Source of the DNA: a virus
Taxonomy: Duplodnaviria > Caudoviricetes
Length of the DNA: 34,944 nt
Strand: one strand, 5' to 3'
IMG/VR virus record: IMGVR_UViG_3300017985_000058
Coordinates: 1 to 34,944 of that record
The notes beneath the pieces were generated by a model. That model searched no databases. It was not told where the DNA came from and saw only the letters and a list, made by a program, of their open reading frames with translations. Each line of letters opens with the position of its first letter. The stretch's first letter is position 1. This document shows, piece by piece, positions 1 through 12,434 of this stretch. The position numbers and the translations under genes are program-made.

Positions 1-2
1 AT

Positions 3-1814
3 GACTTTGAGGGCTCAGCTCTTAGCATTTTAATTGATTCTTTAGCATACAATACTCATTACAACGCTATATTAGCACACATGCTTGCTAATGAAAGCTT
101 TTTAGATACTGCAATTAAAAGAAGTTCAGTAGTTTCATTGGCAAAGGCAATAGGATATACACCTAAAAGTAGAAAGGCAGCACAAGCAACATTAAATTTA
201 TCTATAATACCTGGAACAAGTTATACAAATTCTGTATTTACTTTATCAAGAGACTCAGCATTTACAGCAGGAAAAGATGGAACAACTTATACATTTTATC
301 CTAGTGAAGATGTATCCGCTACTCTACAAGATGTAGCTGGAACAAATACTTTTGTTTTTAATGATTTAATTGTAAAGGAAGGAACAAGAGTATCAAATAG
401 TTTTACATTATCAGCAGATAAACTACAAGGTCCTTTTATTATACCTAATAAAAATATTGACACAACAACATTAAGAGTTAGAGTTCAAAAATCAGGTTCA
501 GATTTAGCAATAGAAACATACAACAAAGCATCAAACTTTGTAGATTTAAATAGCACATCAAAAGTTTATTTTGTTGAAGAAGGACATGACGGCTTATATC
601 AAATAGTATTTGGCGATGGAGTTATAGGAGCAGGATTAGATGCAGGTAATGTTGTTGTTATAGATTACCTAGTTACTAATGGAGAAAGCGCAAACGGATG
701 TAAGACGTTTACAAACTCACAAACATTAACAGCAGTAGGAGAATTGGTTTCTAATACTGTTAGCAGTGTAGCAGGAGGCGGTGCAAAGAAAGAAAGTATA
801 GACGAAATTAAAAGAAACGCACCTCAATACAATGTAACAAAAAATCGAGCAGTTACAGCAAAAGATTATTCGGCATTGATTCAACAAGTAAATCCAAATA
901 TTCAATCAGTTTCAGTCTGGGGCGGAGAGGACAATGATCCTCCAATGTATGGAAAAGTATTTATTTCACTTAACCCAGCACCAGGTTCTATTATAACACA
1001 ATCAGATAAGGATTTAATTACAGCAGAAGTTATTGACGTTAAAACACCTATAGCAATTCAACCCGAATATGTTGATCCAGAGTTTACATATATTGGGTTA
1101 AAAGTTACAGCAACATATGATAATAAGGCAACTACACTAACAGCAGGACAGTTAAATAATGCTATTAATAGTGCAATAACAGAATTTTTTACAACAGACT
1201 TAAACTATTTAAATAAAAGTTTTTATTATAGTGTATTACATGATTTAATCAAAGGCGTATCAGATTCAATAACATCTGTTAATATTGTTACAAGACTACA
1301 AAAAAGACTTACACCGACGTTAAATACAGATGCCAACTATTCGTTTGCTTTTAACAACAAATTAGAACCTAGATATTTTCATTCTACTTGGTTTACAGCA
1401 AAAATAGCAACAACAAACTATAAGGTTAAACTTGTTGACGTTCCAAGTAGCACAGTAGTTGCACCTGTTTATAGTGGAACAGGAACAATTAAATTAGAAA
1501 CAGAAGATGGAATAAGAATTGCAGATGTTGGAACAGTAGATTATGACACAGGAAAAGTTACAATATCTGAAATGCACGTTGTAAGCTTGTTTGGAGATGA
1601 AACAAAAATTAGAGTTACTTCTTCTCCTCACGAAGACGTAAAAGACATTTTAACAAATGTTTTAAGAAGAACAAGTGATACAACAGCATCAGCAGTCGTT
1701 GCTAAACCTAGTCAAAATACAATACTATCATTAGACGACACCGTTTATAATTTAACAACAGGTGCAAGATTGGGACTAACAATCGATTCTGTAATTAAAC
1801 AAAAAGAGGTATAA
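3..1814 (+). CDS. gp6: Baseplate wedge subunit, T4 gp6-like (5'-truncated by the window edge)
   Basis: The frame is open from nt 3 and reads DFEGSALSILIDSLAYNTHY, the conserved gp6 N-terminal motif, so the ORF-track start at 81 is internal. It also has FLDTA..RSSVVSLAK.IGYTP, FGDG, and RAVTAKDY..WGGED..PP.YGKVFI. Confidence 0.93.
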   Translation, partial: DFEGSALSILIDSLAYNTHYNAILAHMLANESFLDTAIKRSSVVSLAKAIGYTPKSRKAAQATLNLSIIPGTSYTNSVFTLSRDSAFTAGKDGTTYTFYPSEDVSATLQDVAGTNTFVFNDLIVKEGTRVSNSFTLSADKLQGPFIIPNKNIDTTTLRVRVQKSGSDLAIETYNKASNFVDLNSTSKVYFVEEGHDGLYQIVFGDGVIGAGLDAGNVVVIDYLVTNGESANGCKTFTNSQTLTAVGELVSNTVSSVAGGGAKKESIDEIKRNAPQYNVTKNRAVTAKDYSALIQQVNPNIQSVSVWGGEDNDPPMYGKVFISLNPAPGSIITQSDKDLITAEVIDVKTPIAIQPEYVDPEFTYIGLKVTATYDNKATTLTAGQLNNAINSAITEFFTTDLNYLNKSFYYSVLHDLIKGVSDSITSVNIVTRLQKRLTPTLNTDANYSFAFNNKLEPRYFHSTWFTAKIATTNYKVKLVDVPSSTVVAPVYSGTGTIKLETEDGIRIADVGTVDYDTGKVTISEMHVVSLFGDETKIRVTSSPHEDVKDILTNVLRRTSDTTASAVVAKPSQNTILSLDDTVYNLTTGARLGLTIDSVIKQKEV

Positions 1815-1817
1815 TAA

Positions 1818-3965
1818 ATGGCTCATCTTATCCCGAGCTATTATAGATATGTAGAATCTATAACTATTACGGACGCAGGTTCGGGATATACTTCTGTTCC
1901 TACAATCACAATTTCAGGTGGTGGTGGAACAGGAGCCACAGCAACAGCAGCAATTTTTAATGGTTCGATACAAACAATAACCGTAACTAATATAGGTTCA
2001 GGTTACACATCGACACCAACCGTAACTGTAGATGGCAACGCTGTTCTTACAGCAGTTTTAAATTTCGCACAAGGACCATCTACAGAATACAATACGAAAC
2101 AAGCTACATTAGTAGACAACACAATTCCAGAATTTGTAAGAGAAGACCATCCAAAGTTTAAAACTTTTATAGAAACCTATTACAAATTTATGGACCAAGA
2201 AGGCAATCCTTCTAACGTCTTATTAAATAGTAGATTTACAGATTTAGATGAGGCATCAAATGCCTATTTAGAAAAATGGCGTAAAGCAATAGCACATGAT
2301 TTTCCTGCCGTTTTTCAAGCAGACAAAAAGTTTTTATATAAAAATTTAAAAGACTTATACGAAACAAAAGGAAGTAAAAGATCCATACAAGCATTTTTTA
2401 GAATACTGTATGGTGAGGAAATAGAAGTAGAATATCCTAGTAGATATGTATTACGAGCATCCGACGGTAGATGGCTAGAAGAAACAACTGTAAAAGCTGT
2501 CGAAGGTCCTAACGGAACGGATGTATCTACATTAGCAGGTAAACTTGTTGATGTAAAATACTATGAAACAATAGGAACAGTTACTACAATTAAAACAATT
2601 CAAGCAACAGTTCAAAGGGTAGAGAAAACAGCATATACAAACCCACAATCATATGAATTAGTTTTAACACTTCCAAGCTCAACAACTGTAATCCCTGGAC
2701 CGGGTGCAGGATTAGAACTTACAATTACAGAAACTGCCGGTGTAATTACAAACATAGGTATAACAAACGGCGGTTCTGGGTATGTAGCGACACCTACTAT
2801 AATTATCCATTGTGCTGATGGCAACGGAGTGGATGCAACAGCATTACTTACAACAACCGATGGAGTAGTTACAGGTGTCTCAATAACAGACGGAGGTTCG
2901 GGTTATACTTCTCCTTATATAGAAATAGTAGAAGATAATTTTAGAACTTTCGTTACATTACGAGATAGAACAAATGAGTCCTCAAATATTGAGGCTTATT
3001 TAATTAGAACACTACGAAGCGTCACCTCAGGCTCAGCTGCTAGCACACCAGCAGGTTTTAGAGTAGGTGATGTTTTTGTAATTAACGAAACAGGTGATGA
3101 TGGTAGAGGATATGCGTTAGATTATTTTTCTGAAGACTATACGTTTATTGGAGGTAATAATAACGCATTTATTAAAGTGGAAACAATAGACTCAAATGGT
3201 ATTCCTACATCATGGAGTATTATTAACCCAGGGTCAAATTTCTTCTTAGAGTCACCAACCATTCAAGTTACATCAGTTACCGGTGTAGAACTTGATATAA
3301 TTTTAACGACAGGATACTATTTTAGTTATCCTGGCAAATATACAGATGATAGAGGGAAACTATCAGACGTAAACAGATTACAAGATAACAATAGATATCA
3401 GAGTTATTCCTATGTTATTAAAACAGGAAACTCCTCATCTGATTGGATAGAAAAATATAAAGAAGTATTACACCCAGCTGGGATGGAAGTGTTTGGTGAT
3501 TTAATTATCAAAAATACACTTAACTTCACAAACTATTCTATAGCGTCAGGTGTGTTTGATATTAATAGATACTTCCAGACTGATGCAGTCACATTATCAG
3601 ATAGCTTATTCTTTACATGGTATCAAGAGATAGCAGATTCTACTGTTTCAATAACAGACGTTATTGTAGTAGCATACAATAAAGGATTAAGCGATACAAC
3701 AAGCATCTCAGATGATGGAACTGTATTCAACTTTGGTAAAAATATAACGGAAACGGCCACTACAAGTGATGCTACATTCGTTATAAATAACAGTAAGAAT
3801 ATAAATGAAACACAAACAGCCTCAGAGCAAATAGCATTATCATTAACTAAACCATCGGTTACAGATACAGCTACAACATCAGACTCAGGTAGTTTAGTGG
3901 TTCAGGATTATGCAGAAAGTTATTTTGCTAACGATTATGTCGGTGTAGGCAGAACCTTTACATAA
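1818..3965 (+). CDS. gp7: Baseplate wedge initiator, gp7-like, with inserted beta modules and a C-terminal repeat extension
   Basis: Lies between gp6 and gp8. Motifs are [13 protein letters not shown]...YY.F, LYETKGS..SI..FFRILY and LQDN..YQ.YSYVIK...HPAG...FG. Confidence 0.8.
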   Translation: MAHLIPSYYRYVESITITDAGSGYTSVPTITISGGGGTGATATAAIFNGSIQTITVTNIGSGYTSTPTVTVDGNAVLTAVLNFAQGPSTEYNTKQATLVDNTIPEFVREDHPKFKTFIETYYKFMDQEGNPSNVLLNSRFTDLDEASNAYLEKWRKAIAHDFPAVFQADKKFLYKNLKDLYETKGSKRSIQAFFRILYGEEIEVEYPSRYVLRASDGRWLEETTVKAVEGPNGTDVSTLAGKLVDVKYYETIGTVTTIKTIQATVQRVEKTAYTNPQSYELVLTLPSSTTVIPGPGAGLELTITETAGVITNIGITNGGSGYVATPTIIIHCADGNGVDATALLTTTDGVVTGVSITDGGSGYTSPYIEIVEDNFRTFVTLRDRTNESSNIEAYLIRTLRSVTSGSAASTPAGFRVGDVFVINETGDDGRGYALDYFSEDYTFIGGNNNAFIKVETIDSNGIPTSWSIINPGSNFFLESPTIQVTSVTGVELDIILTTGYYFSYPGKYTDDRGKLSDVNRLQDNNRYQSYSYVIKTGNSSSDWIEKYKEVLHPAGMEVFGDLIIKNTLNFTNYSIASGVFDINRYFQTDAVTLSDSLFFTWYQEIADSTVSITDVIVVAYNKGLSDTTSISDDGTVFNFGKNITETATTSDATFVINNSKNINETQTASEQIALSLTKPSVTDTATTSDSGSLVVQDYAESYFANDYVGVGRTFT
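3782..3789 (+). promoter_or_regulatory. T4-type late promoter TATAAATA inside the 3' part of gp7
   Basis: Exact consensus about 190 nt upstream of the next gene. Chance matches are possible in AT-rich DNA. Confidence 0.5.
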
Positions 3966-3981
3966 TACTTTGGAGAAACAA

Positions 3982-4419
3982 ATGTTTAAAGAAAAAATGA
4001 ACGCTACTGGTAAAGTCCACGTAGTGCTTACAGATAAGAACGGTAACATTAAACAAGAATTCGAAACAAATAACCTAGTGGTAGATGATGGTTTGGACCA
4101 TATCGCTTCTAGACTTAATTCAACACCAACTTCAATGTCACATATGGCATTGGGTTCAGATAATACTGCGGCTGCTAGCTCAGACTCAGCATTAGGAACT
4201 GAATTAGCTAGGGTTACTTTTGATTCTGATAATGTTACTAACAATGCTATTGCTTATGTAGCAACATTTAGCGCAGGAACAGCAACAGGTTCTATTAGTG
4301 AAGCAGGAGTTTTTAATGCTTCATCAGCAGGAACTATGTTATGTAGAACTGTTTTTAGTGTTGTTAATAAGGCAGCATCAGACGTTCTTACAGTTACTTG
4401 GACAGTAACAATAGCTTAA
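3982..4419 (+). CDS. Virion structural protein, tail-collar/fibre N-terminal-like domain
   Basis: The ATG at 3982 has a GGAG RBS at 3972-3975 and is preferred over the TTG at 3970. The pattern NLVV..G...IA..L / MALGS / LGTEL.R / ISEAG.F resembles tail-collar fibre (DUF3751-like) domains. Confidence 0.65.
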   Translation: MFKEKMNATGKVHVVLTDKNGNIKQEFETNNLVVDDGLDHIASRLNSTPTSMSHMALGSDNTAAASSDSALGTELARVTFDSDNVTNNAIAYVATFSAGTATGSISEAGVFNASSAGTMLCRTVFSVVNKAASDVLTVTWTVTIA

Positions 4420-4431
4420 TAAAAATTAAAA

Positions 4432-6030
4432 ATGGCGTTATTACTCAGACAATTAGGTAGAACTGAATTAGCAAGATCCTTTCATCGGGATATTTTAAAT
4501 TCATTCGATTTATATTACTTCTGTTTAGGAAGAACATACGCATGGACGGATGACACAAGTCCAGAAACACCTTTAGATTCTGATAATTATACAAATACAT
4601 TTAGACGAAATGTGTTGTTTGCACAAAGAGTGTCAACAGCAGATATCTGTTTATTAGCAAGAAGAATAAACTGGACATCAGGGACAGTTTACGATCAATA
4701 TGATGACGCACTTTCATCTACAAACACAGCTTACTCGGGCGCTGATAACTTACAAGAAGCAAACTTCTATGTATTAACAGATGAATATAAAGTCTATAAA
4801 TGTTTATTTAATAATAATAACGCACAAAGCACAGAAAAACCAACAAGCACTTCAACAAGTGTTTTTGAGTTATCTGATGGTTATAAATGGAAATTTTTAT
4901 TCCAAGTATCATCAGGTGACCAAACAAAGTTCTTAGATGCAGAACATATACCTGTTAGAAAATTAACAGGTAACCCAACTTTCGACGTCAACGGAGAATT
5001 AGATTCGATAACTGTAACTGCTGGAGGCTCTGGTTATACATCAGCACCAACAGTAGTTATATCGGGAGACGGAACAGGAGCTGAGGCTACTGCTACCATA
5101 AGTGCAGGTGCAGTAGACTCGGTGACTATTACAAATGCTGGCTCAGGATATTCTTTCGCTCTTGTTTCATTTACAGGTGGCGGAGGTTCCAATGCTACAG
5201 CAACAGCAACACTAGGTGACGCAGATAGTTTACCTGCTTTAGGTAGTGCTGTAGAGGGAGCAGCTATACAAGGCTCACTAGATTACATAGAATTATTAAC
5301 ACCAGGACAAGACTATACATCAGGAGATGTTCAAGTCACAATTACTGGTGACGGCTCAGGTGCTGAGGCTTCTTTAACAGTAGCTGCAGGAACAGGAGCA
5401 ATAACAGGAATAACAGTTACAAATCCAGGATCGGGTTATTCTTTTGCAGACATTACATTTTCACAAACAGTAGGTGTAGGAACAAGTGCTACAGCAAGAG
5501 CAGTTCTTTCCCCACCTGAAGGACATGGAAGTAATCCTATAAAAGAATTGTTCGCTAAAACATTAGGATTAACAATTTCATTATCAGACAATACAAATAC
5601 AGATTTAATTGTAGGTAACGATTATAGACAAATTGGGTTAGTTAAAAATTTATATAACTACTCAGGCTCTACGATATATGAGGCAGCAACAGCAACAGCG
5701 GCCTTTGTTATTAATCAAGCATCAGCAACAAACTATGCTGTAGATGATATAGTTACATCATCAGACGGCGGTAAATTTAGAGTATCACAAGTTTTAATAA
5801 ATGATGATGCAACAACTTACGATGTGTGGTTAGTTCCAGAGATAGGACTTATTTCTGGATCTTCAGTTTTAACAAATAGCACGCAGGGTTTGACAGGTTT
5901 GACTATAAATAGTGTTACAAATCCAGAGATTGACGTCACATCTGGAGATGTTGTTTACATAGAAAACAGATCTCCGGTAACAAGAGCGAGCGATCAAGTA
6001 GAAACAATTAAAGCATTTATTAATTTTTAG
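4432..6030 (+). CDS. gp8: Baseplate wedge subunit, gp8-like
   Basis: RRINW.SG..YD.Y, FYV.TDEY.VYKCL.N, DGY.WK.LF, P..GHG.NP..EL, DYRQIGL..N and a terminal SG.V.YIENR.P..R..DQ.E.IK..INF. Confidence 0.9.
   Translation: MALLLRQLGRTELARSFHRDILNSFDLYYFCLGRTYAWTDDTSPETPLDSDNYTNTFRRNVLFAQRVSTADICLLARRINWTSGTVYDQYDDALSSTNTAYSGADNLQEANFYVLTDEYKVYKCLFNNNNAQSTEKPTSTSTSVFELSDGYKWKFLFQVSSGDQTKFLDAEHIPVRKLTGNPTFDVNGELDSITVTAGGSGYTSAPTVVISGDGTGAEATATISAGAVDSVTITNAGSGYSFALVSFTGGGGSNATATATLGDADSLPALGSAVEGAAIQGSLDYIELLTPGQDYTSGDVQVTITGDGSGAEASLTVAAGTGAITGITVTNPGSGYSFADITFSQTVGVGTSATARAVLSPPEGHGSNPIKELFAKTLGLTISLSDNTNTDLIVGNDYRQIGLVKNLYNYSGSTIYEAATATAAFVINQASATNYAVDDIVTSSDGGKFRVSQVLINDDATTYDVWLVPEIGLISGSSVLTNSTQGLTGLTINSVTNPEIDVTSGDVVYIENRSPVTRASDQVETIKAFINF
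5904..5911 (+). promoter_or_regulatory. T4-type late promoter TATAAATA inside gp8, serving the 2042-aa gene
   Basis: Exact consensus about 130 nt upstream of the ATG at 6041. Confidence 0.55.
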
Positions 6031-6040
6031 AGAATAAAAA

Positions 6041-9000
6041 ATGGCATTAAATTTAAACGCATCACCATATTACGACGACTTTAGCGACGCTAAGAAGTTT
6101 CAACGTATCTTATTCAAACCAGGTGTTGCAGTTCAAGCCAGAGAGCTAACTCAATTACAATCACTTTTACAGGACCAAGTAAGAAAATTAGGTGAATTTA
6201 CTCTTAAAGAAGGTTCTGTAATTTCAGGATGTGTAGAACAATTAGTTACAATTCCGTTTATTAAAATTAATGACACAGATTTTGACGGAACAAGTGTAGA
6301 CAACACTACCTTAGATGATTATATTGGAGACAATGTAATCGGTGGAACAACAGGATTAACAGCAAAAGTAGTTGCAGTAAAAACTGGAACAGAGGCTGGA
6401 CGTCCTGGAATGAAGACATTATATTTAAAATACACATTTGGTAGTGGCTCTACGTTATATAATAACTTCACAGCAGGAGAAACATTAACAGTTAGCTCCG
6501 CAGACACAGACAGAAACGGAGATACTTTCGTTGTTAATAGTATTGAAGGAACAACAGCAGGAGATGTTTACTACGGTGAGACAGGTAAATTAAAACTTAG
6601 CGAAGGTTTAATTTATGCTAGAGGACAGTTTATTTTAACTGACGAATTAGAAACATTTATTGCAGACCATACTGTTAACGGAAAGTTTGATGTAGGTTTT
6701 GAATTAACAGAAAGTGTTGTTACATCAGGTGACGACACAACATTACTAGATCCAGCAGCAGGTTCATTTAACTACAATGCACCAGGTGCAGATAGATATA
6801 AAATTACAGCAACCTTATCTTCATATCTAGATACAGCAACACAACCAGATGAATTCTACAAATACTTAGACGTAGAATATGGACAGGTTGTAAGAAATGA
6901 AACACAAATAGATCCTTTTGCCGAGTTAGGTAAAAAGTTAGCTCTTAGAACTTATGATGAGTCTGGAGACTATACTATAAAAGGAAACAAGGTTGCTATT
7001 AGAGAACATTTAAAAGACACAGATGGAAACGGTGGCGTATATACAAGCGCTAATGGTGGCGACAGCACTAAATTAATTGTGTATGTAGAGCCAGGTAAAT
7101 CAGTAGTTGGTGGTTTCCCAAGAGAATTATTAGAAAGTAAAAGACTAGATGTTCTTAAGTCAACAGACTTTGTAACAAAAGAAAGTCAACCAGTTTCAAC
7201 AGCATTTGGTAACTATGTTATTGTAGACGAGGTATCAGGTGTATTTGATGTTGACGGTGGCGGTAAAGTAGACTTATATGACACAGCACATAATTCAGTA
7301 ACAAGTGGAACACACTCTGGAACATCTTTAACAGGAAATAAAATAGGTAGTGCAAGAATTAGACACTTTGCACATTCATCAGGCACACAAGGTGCGGCAG
7401 CATGTCAATATAAACTTTACTTATATGACATTCAAATGCTTACAGGTTCATTTGCAGACGTAAGAACACTGACATTTAATTATTCAGGAACAGTTGGTTT
7501 TGCAGATGCTGTATTAAACTCAGCAGGCAATGCTGAAATTAAAGAAGCTAAATTTAACAAGTTTTTATGGAAACTTAATTACGATAATATTAAAACATTA
7601 CAAGCAGATAGTAGTGCATATGATTATAGTTTCCAATATACAAAAGAATATGATGTTTCATTAGGAACAAACGGAGACACTACTATTACGTTGACAGGAA
7701 ATGAAACTTTCCCTGTATCAACATTCTCAGATTCAAACGTAAATGCAAACTTTAATATGGTTGTTAAAGATGGATTTACACTTGACGCTGTAGCAAAAGA
7801 CTCAGGTGAGGTTATTGACTTAACAAGTGCAACATTTACATATAACAATTCACAATCTATATCGATAGATTTAGGAACATCAATTTCAGGTTCTAATAGA
7901 GATGTTAGAATTTATGCTAATGTTATTATAAATGACGGCACACCAATAGCAAAATCATTAACTGAGAATGTATATGTTAAAATAGATACATCAACACACG
8001 AAAACGGACAAAGCGGCAGTTACTCATTGGGTGTAGCTGACGGATTTAAATTACGAGAAGTTAAAGCATACACAGCATCAGATTATACAACGGGCGAATT
8101 AGACGTTACTTCGCATTTTAACTTCGACAATGGGCAAAAAGATAACTTATATGGACACGCTAGAATTGTTAAAAAATCTAGCAGTAGTTTAAACTTAGGA
8201 ACATATCAATGGTTGGTTGCTAAGTTTGATTACTTTACCCATACAATTTCAGGACCTACATTTGCTTGTATAGATTCATATCCAGTAGATGACACAGGAG
8301 CCACAGGAATTAAAACAGAAGAGATTCCTGTTTACAAATCAGAAATTAGCGGAGACTTTCCTTTAAGAGATAGTATTGACTTTAGACCTTATGTAACAGA
8401 CACAAGTTCTCCTAATATAGCAGTAGGCTCAGCTCCTGAAAACCCATCAGAATTACAACAAATTAATAGACCTTCAGGAGGTCTTACAAACCCAGTTCCA
8501 AGTGAAGAGTTTACAACAGACTTAGAATATTACAGAGGCAGAGGAGCTAGAGTAGTATTAGATCACGACGGAGAGTTTAGAGTAGTATTAAGCGAGTTTG
8601 CTGACAATCCTAAACTTCCAGCTCTCCCAGAAAAATGTATGGAACTAGCCAAGTTTATTTTACCAGCATATCCTTGTTTATCTCCTCATGCAGCAAGGAA
8701 CGCAAATAGGCCTGAATACGGCATCAACATTAAGCAGGCAGATAACAGACGTTATACAATGCGAGACATTGGTGCCCTAGAAAGACGTATATCTAATCTA
8801 GAATACTATACAACACTTTCTATATTAGAAAAACAAGCAAACGAACTTTCTATATTAGATAGCACAGGCTTAGATAGATTTAAGAACGGAATATTAGTTG
8901 ACTCATTTACAGGACATAATATTGGTGCTGTAAGCGATCAAGACTATCACATTGCTATCGATCCAAAGGCACAAGAACTAAGACCTTATTTTTATTCAGA

Positions 9001-12000
9001 AAACATTGAATTAAAACTTAACAGCACAAGCTCAGGTGTATCTAAATCAGGTGATATTGTTCACTTACCATATGATATACAACCATTTACAAGCAACTAT
9101 CAAGCAAGTAAATATAAAAACCTAGTAACAGATTTATTATTTACTTGGACAGGTAATGTCGAATTAGATCCACCTGTAGATAATTTTGTTGATACAACAA
9201 CACGTCCAGCAGTTCAAGCCAACTTCGAAGGAAACTTTGATGCTTGGGAGAACATGGCCGATGCTTGGGGAACACAATGGGGTGCTTGGGAAGATGTCGG
9301 TGCGGCACAAGTTACAAGAGAAGACGTATCCGTAGATAGACAAGTAGCTGGAGGAACAGGTGGCTCAGACACATTTACAACAGTTACAACAACACAAAAA
9401 CAACAATCAGTAGGAACAAGCATTAGTGTTTCAGACGGAGGATTTGAATCTCAGTCATTAGGAAATAAAGTAGTAAGCACTGCTATTGTTCCATTCATGA
9501 GACAACTTGCTGTCAGATTTACAGCAACAAGATTAAAACCAAACACAAGAGTTTATCCGTTCTTTGACGGACAAGCAGTTAGTGAGCATTGTAGGGCAGA
9601 CTACAATAACTTAGGTGGCGAATTAGTCACAGATGTAAACGGAGACATCGCAGGATATTTTGTTATACCTGCAGGTGAATTTAGAACAGGAGCTAGAAAC
9701 TTTAGACTAGTAGATGAACCTAATAACAACGAAAAGGTTATAACAACTGTAGCAGAAGCATTATTCCAATCTTCAGGACTACATCAAGAAGTTCAAGATA
9801 CTATTGTTTCTATGAGAACAGCTCAGGTAGTAACAAACAGGGCTACAAAAGACAGAGTAATGACAGACGTTACTACAGGCTTTGTAGCAGGCGGAGGAAC
9901 ACCTTTACCACCCCCGGTAAGTGTTCCAGTTCCAGTCCCGGTTCCAGTTCCAGTCCCGGAGCCAGTATATATTCCGGTTCCAGCAACGGTTCAGAATCCG
10001 GAACCTACACCGCCCCCACCACCACCTGAGGAACCACCTCCACCACCACCTCCGCCACCACCTCCACCGCCCCCACCGCCTCCTCCACCACCACCCCCGG
10101 AGCCTATTCCTACTCCTGAGCCAGATGTTCAAGAGCCAGCAGTCTTCGATGTATGGGATAGAGGTGATTGGAGAGACTTTAACTTTGGTTGGGAATGGAG
10201 AAACTTTGGCCCAACAAGTCTCGATCCATTAGCACAAACATTTAAAGTGCAAGGACAAAAAGGCGGAGTATATATTGATTCCGTAGACTTGTTTATACAG
10301 TCTAAAGGAACATTGGGCTTAGAAGTTCAAATTAGAGAAGTTATTAACGGAGTCCCAGGACCTCGAATACTTCCTTTTGGTAAAAAATACTTAGCTGCTT
10401 CAGATATTCAAACAACTTATACATCTACTGATAATAAAACAATATTTAGAAATCAGAACTTTAAGTTCCCAGCACCTGTATTCTTACAAAACGACACAGA
10501 GTATTGTGTTGTCCCAATGCCTGAAGGAAACGATGAAGGCTATAACGTATGGGTAGCAGAACTAGGTGAAAATCAAGTAGATACAACACAAAGAATAACA
10601 AAACAAGCACATGGAGGTATATTATTCTCCTCATCAAATAACACATCGTGGACTCCTATACAATCAGAAGACATGATGTTTGGTGTTAATAAATGTGTAT
10701 TCCAAACAAATTCAACTGAAGATGCATATTTAGAAAATAAAGATTTAGACTGGATATCGTTTGAAGACTTTGCCACAGGAGATAGTTTTGAGCAAGGTAG
10801 ATATTTACACGCATTTAAATTTAATATTACATCAGGTGGAACAGGTTATTCATCAGCACCAACAGTTAGCTTCTCCGGAGGGGGAGGAACAGGTGCAGCA
10901 GCTACTGCAACAGTTTTAGCAGGAGCCGTTACAGCAATTACAGTAACAAATCCAGGAACAGGTTATACATCAGCACCTACTATTAGTTTAACAGGTGGTG
11001 GTGCTTCAGCAGATGCTACAATAACCGCAGAACTAAAACTAGGACAAGTTAAAGAATGGAATAGTTTATATAACTATGCAACAGTTCAAAATGCTACTAC
11101 AAATTTATATTTTGAAGTAGGTGATGTTGTAGGTAGTAGCGCAACGTATGCTACAATTTCATCCTTTACAAACAAGGTTGTAGACGCTCTAGCATTAACA
11201 GGAGGATTTACAACTCCAACAGACACAACATTAAGCGCTTCTCTTGCACTTACAAACACAGGAGCAGGAAGTGTTAATACAACTTACAGTGCGTTTGAAA
11301 AAGGCAAAACTGAAGAACTAACAGAACAGAAAACAATTTACAGTTGGTCCCAAGAAGGAACTTTATATTCAGGATCTAAAACAGGTAGAGTAAAACTAAC
11401 ATTAGGTTCTGATAATGCTAACCTATCACCAATGGTAGACTTGGCACAGATGTCAACATTAGCATTTAAAAACGATATTAATAATGTTTCAACTAACGAA
11501 ACAGGTAAAACAGGTGGAGACGCCGCATCTAAATATATTTCTAGAAGAGTAGTATTAGACGAAGGACAAGATGCTGAAGATCTAAAAGTTTACTTGACAC
11601 AACAATTACCAGCAGGAACATCAGTAAAAGCATATGGTAAATTTAAAAACCAAGGTGATGATGCTGACTTTAATACAGATTTAAATTGGATTGAGTTAGA
11701 ATCAGATGAAGTTCCAAACGATACACCTATAGGATATGGCGAATATAGATTTGGCATTCCATCTAAAGGAAGTAGCGATGCTGGATTAAATGGCAATGGT
11801 AAGTTTGAATATACATTACACAGAATTACAGGAATCACAGTTACAAACGGAGGCTCAGGATATACTTCGGCTCCAACTGTAACAATTTCACATAGCGGAA
11901 ACGGATTCGGAGCAACAGCAGAAGCAGAAATTTCAGCAGGCGCTGTTACAGCAATTAACATCATTAATCCAGGCAGAGATTATGATGGTGGAACTGTAAC

Positions 12001-12169
12001 TGTAACATTAACAGGCGGAGGCGGTAGCTCAGCTACAGCAACTGCTACACAAGGAACAGTTACGTTTGAAAGTTATAAAACGTTTGCAGTTAAAATTGTC
12101 CCTCTAAGTAGTAATACAGCAATTATACCTAGAGTAAAAGACATGAGGGCAATAGCACTACAGGCATAA
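6041..12169 (+). CDS. Large virion structural protein, DUF4815/VrlC-like
   Basis: Begins LN.SPYYDDF...[21 protein letters not shown]. Also has [46 protein letters not shown] and DPLAQTF, and ends P.VKD.RAIALQ. Confidence 0.85.
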   Translation: MALNLNASPYYDDFSDAKKFQRILFKPGVAVQARELTQLQSLLQDQVRKLGEFTLKEGSVISGCVEQLVTIPFIKINDTDFDGTSVDNTTLDDYIGDNVIGGTTGLTAKVVAVKTGTEAGRPGMKTLYLKYTFGSGSTLYNNFTAGETLTVSSADTDRNGDTFVVNSIEGTTAGDVYYGETGKLKLSEGLIYARGQFILTDELETFIADHTVNGKFDVGFELTESVVTSGDDTTLLDPAAGSFNYNAPGADRYKITATLSSYLDTATQPDEFYKYLDVEYGQVVRNETQIDPFAELGKKLALRTYDESGDYTIKGNKVAIREHLKDTDGNGGVYTSANGGDSTKLIVYVEPGKSVVGGFPRELLESKRLDVLKSTDFVTKESQPVSTAFGNYVIVDEVSGVFDVDGGGKVDLYDTAHNSVTSGTHSGTSLTGNKIGSARIRHFAHSSGTQGAAACQYKLYLYDIQMLTGSFADVRTLTFNYSGTVGFADAVLNSAGNAEIKEAKFNKFLWKLNYDNIKTLQADSSAYDYSFQYTKEYDVSLGTNGDTTITLTGNETFPVSTFSDSNVNANFNMVVKDGFTLDAVAKDSGEVIDLTSATFTYNNSQSISIDLGTSISGSNRDVRIYANVIINDGTPIAKSLTENVYVKIDTSTHENGQSGSYSLGVADGFKLREVKAYTASDYTTGELDVTSHFNFDNGQKDNLYGHARIVKKSSSSLNLGTYQWLVAKFDYFTHTISGPTFACIDSYPVDDTGATGIKTEEIPVYKSEISGDFPLRDSIDFRPYVTDTSSPNIAVGSAPENPSELQQINRPSGGLTNPVPSEEFTTDLEYYRGRGARVVLDHDGEFRVVLSEFADNPKLPALPEKCMELAKFILPAYPCLSPHAARNANRPEYGINIKQADNRRYTMRDIGALERRISNLEYYTTLSILEKQANELSILDSTGLDRFKNGILVDSFTGHNIGAVSDQDYHIAIDPKAQELRPYFYSENIELKLNSTSSGVSKSGDIVHLPYDIQPFTSNYQASKYKNLVTDLLFTWTGNVELDPPVDNFVDTTTRPAVQANFEGNFDAWENMADAWGTQWGAWEDVGAAQVTREDVSVDRQVAGGTGGSDTFTTVTTTQKQQSVGTSISVSDGGFESQSLGNKVVSTAIVPFMRQLAVRFTATRLKPNTRVYPFFDGQAVSEHCRADYNNLGGELVTDVNGDIAGYFVIPAGEFRTGARNFRLVDEPNNNEKVITTVAEALFQSSGLHQEVQDTIVSMRTAQVVTNRATKDRVMTDVTTGFVAGGGTPLPPPVSVPVPVPVPVPVPEPVYIPVPATVQNPEPTPPPPPPEEPPPPPPPPPPPPPPPPPPPPPPEPIPTPEPDVQEPAVFDVWDRGDWRDFNFGWEWRNFGPTSLDPLAQTFKVQGQKGGVYIDSVDLFIQSKGTLGLEVQIREVINGVPGPRILPFGKKYLAASDIQTTYTSTDNKTIFRNQNFKFPAPVFLQNDTEYCVVPMPEGNDEGYNVWVAELGENQVDTTQRITKQAHGGILFSSSNNTSWTPIQSEDMMFGVNKCVFQTNSTEDAYLENKDLDWISFEDFATGDSFEQGRYLHAFKFNITSGGTGYSSAPTVSFSGGGGTGAAATATVLAGAVTAITVTNPGTGYTSAPTISLTGGGASADATITAELKLGQVKEWNSLYNYATVQNATTNLYFEVGDVVGSSATYATISSFTNKVVDALALTGGFTTPTDTTLSASLALTNTGAGSVNTTYSAFEKGKTEELTEQKTIYSWSQEGTLYSGSKTGRVKLTLGSDNANLSPMVDLAQMSTLAFKNDINNVSTNETGKTGGDAASKYISRRVVLDEGQDAEDLKVYLTQQLPAGTSVKAYGKFKNQGDDADFNTDLNWIELESDEVPNDTPIGYGEYRFGIPSKGSSDAGLNGNGKFEYTLHRITGITVTNGGSGYTSAPTVTISHSGNGFGATAEAEISAGAVTAINIINPGRDYDGGTVTVTLTGGGGSSATATATQGTVTFESYKTFAVKIVPLSSNTAIIPRVKDMRAIALQA
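9902..10123 (+). repeat. Proline-rich low-complexity tract: (VP)n, P6 and an uninterrupted P22 run (10034-10099)
   Basis: Read directly from the CCN codon run. It forms a local C-rich island with mixed synonymous codons. Confidence 0.95.
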
Positions 12170-12181
12170 ATTTTAGGATAT

Positions 12182-12189
12182 TATAAATA
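12182..12189 (+). promoter_or_regulatory. TATAAATA late promoter motif, intergenic
   Basis: Exact consensus, but only 2 nt before the ATG at 12192, so it may serve downstream genes instead. Confidence 0.5.
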
Positions 12190-12191
12190 CA

Positions 12192-12431
12192 ATGGAAGGC
12201 ACAAAATTTATAGAAGTCGAAGGAGTAGGATATTTATCAAGAGATACTTATTCAAAAGCTTTGATTAATCGTAATAAAACAGCCTTAGCACAGTATAGAC
12301 AAAAGAAATTAATTCAAGAAAAACAATTTGATTCTATACAAAAGTGCTCAGATGATATAAATACATTAAAGCAGGAGTTAACGGAAATTAAAAATACGTT
12401 AGCAACTCTTGTTAATAGTTTAAAAGGGTAA
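12192..12431 (+). CDS. Small hypothetical protein with a C-terminal coiled coil
   Basis: 79 aa that fills the gap, with L.RD..SKALIN and the heptad INTLKQELTEIKNTLATL. This gene type commonly follows DUF4815 genes in marine T4-like phages. Confidence 0.75.
   Translation: MEGTKFIEVEGVGYLSRDTYSKALINRNKTALAQYRQKKLIQEKQFDSIQKCSDDINTLKQELTEIKNTLATLVNSLKG
12356..12363 (+). promoter_or_regulatory. T4-type late promoter TATAAATA for the 166-aa and 440-aa genes
   Basis: Exact consensus about 70 nt upstream of 12435. Confidence 0.55.
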
Positions 12432-12434
12432 TAA

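Noticed and set aside
9905-10232. Alternative-frame His-rich and Trp/Arg-rich ORFs
   Set aside because: They are shadows of the CCN proline codon run.
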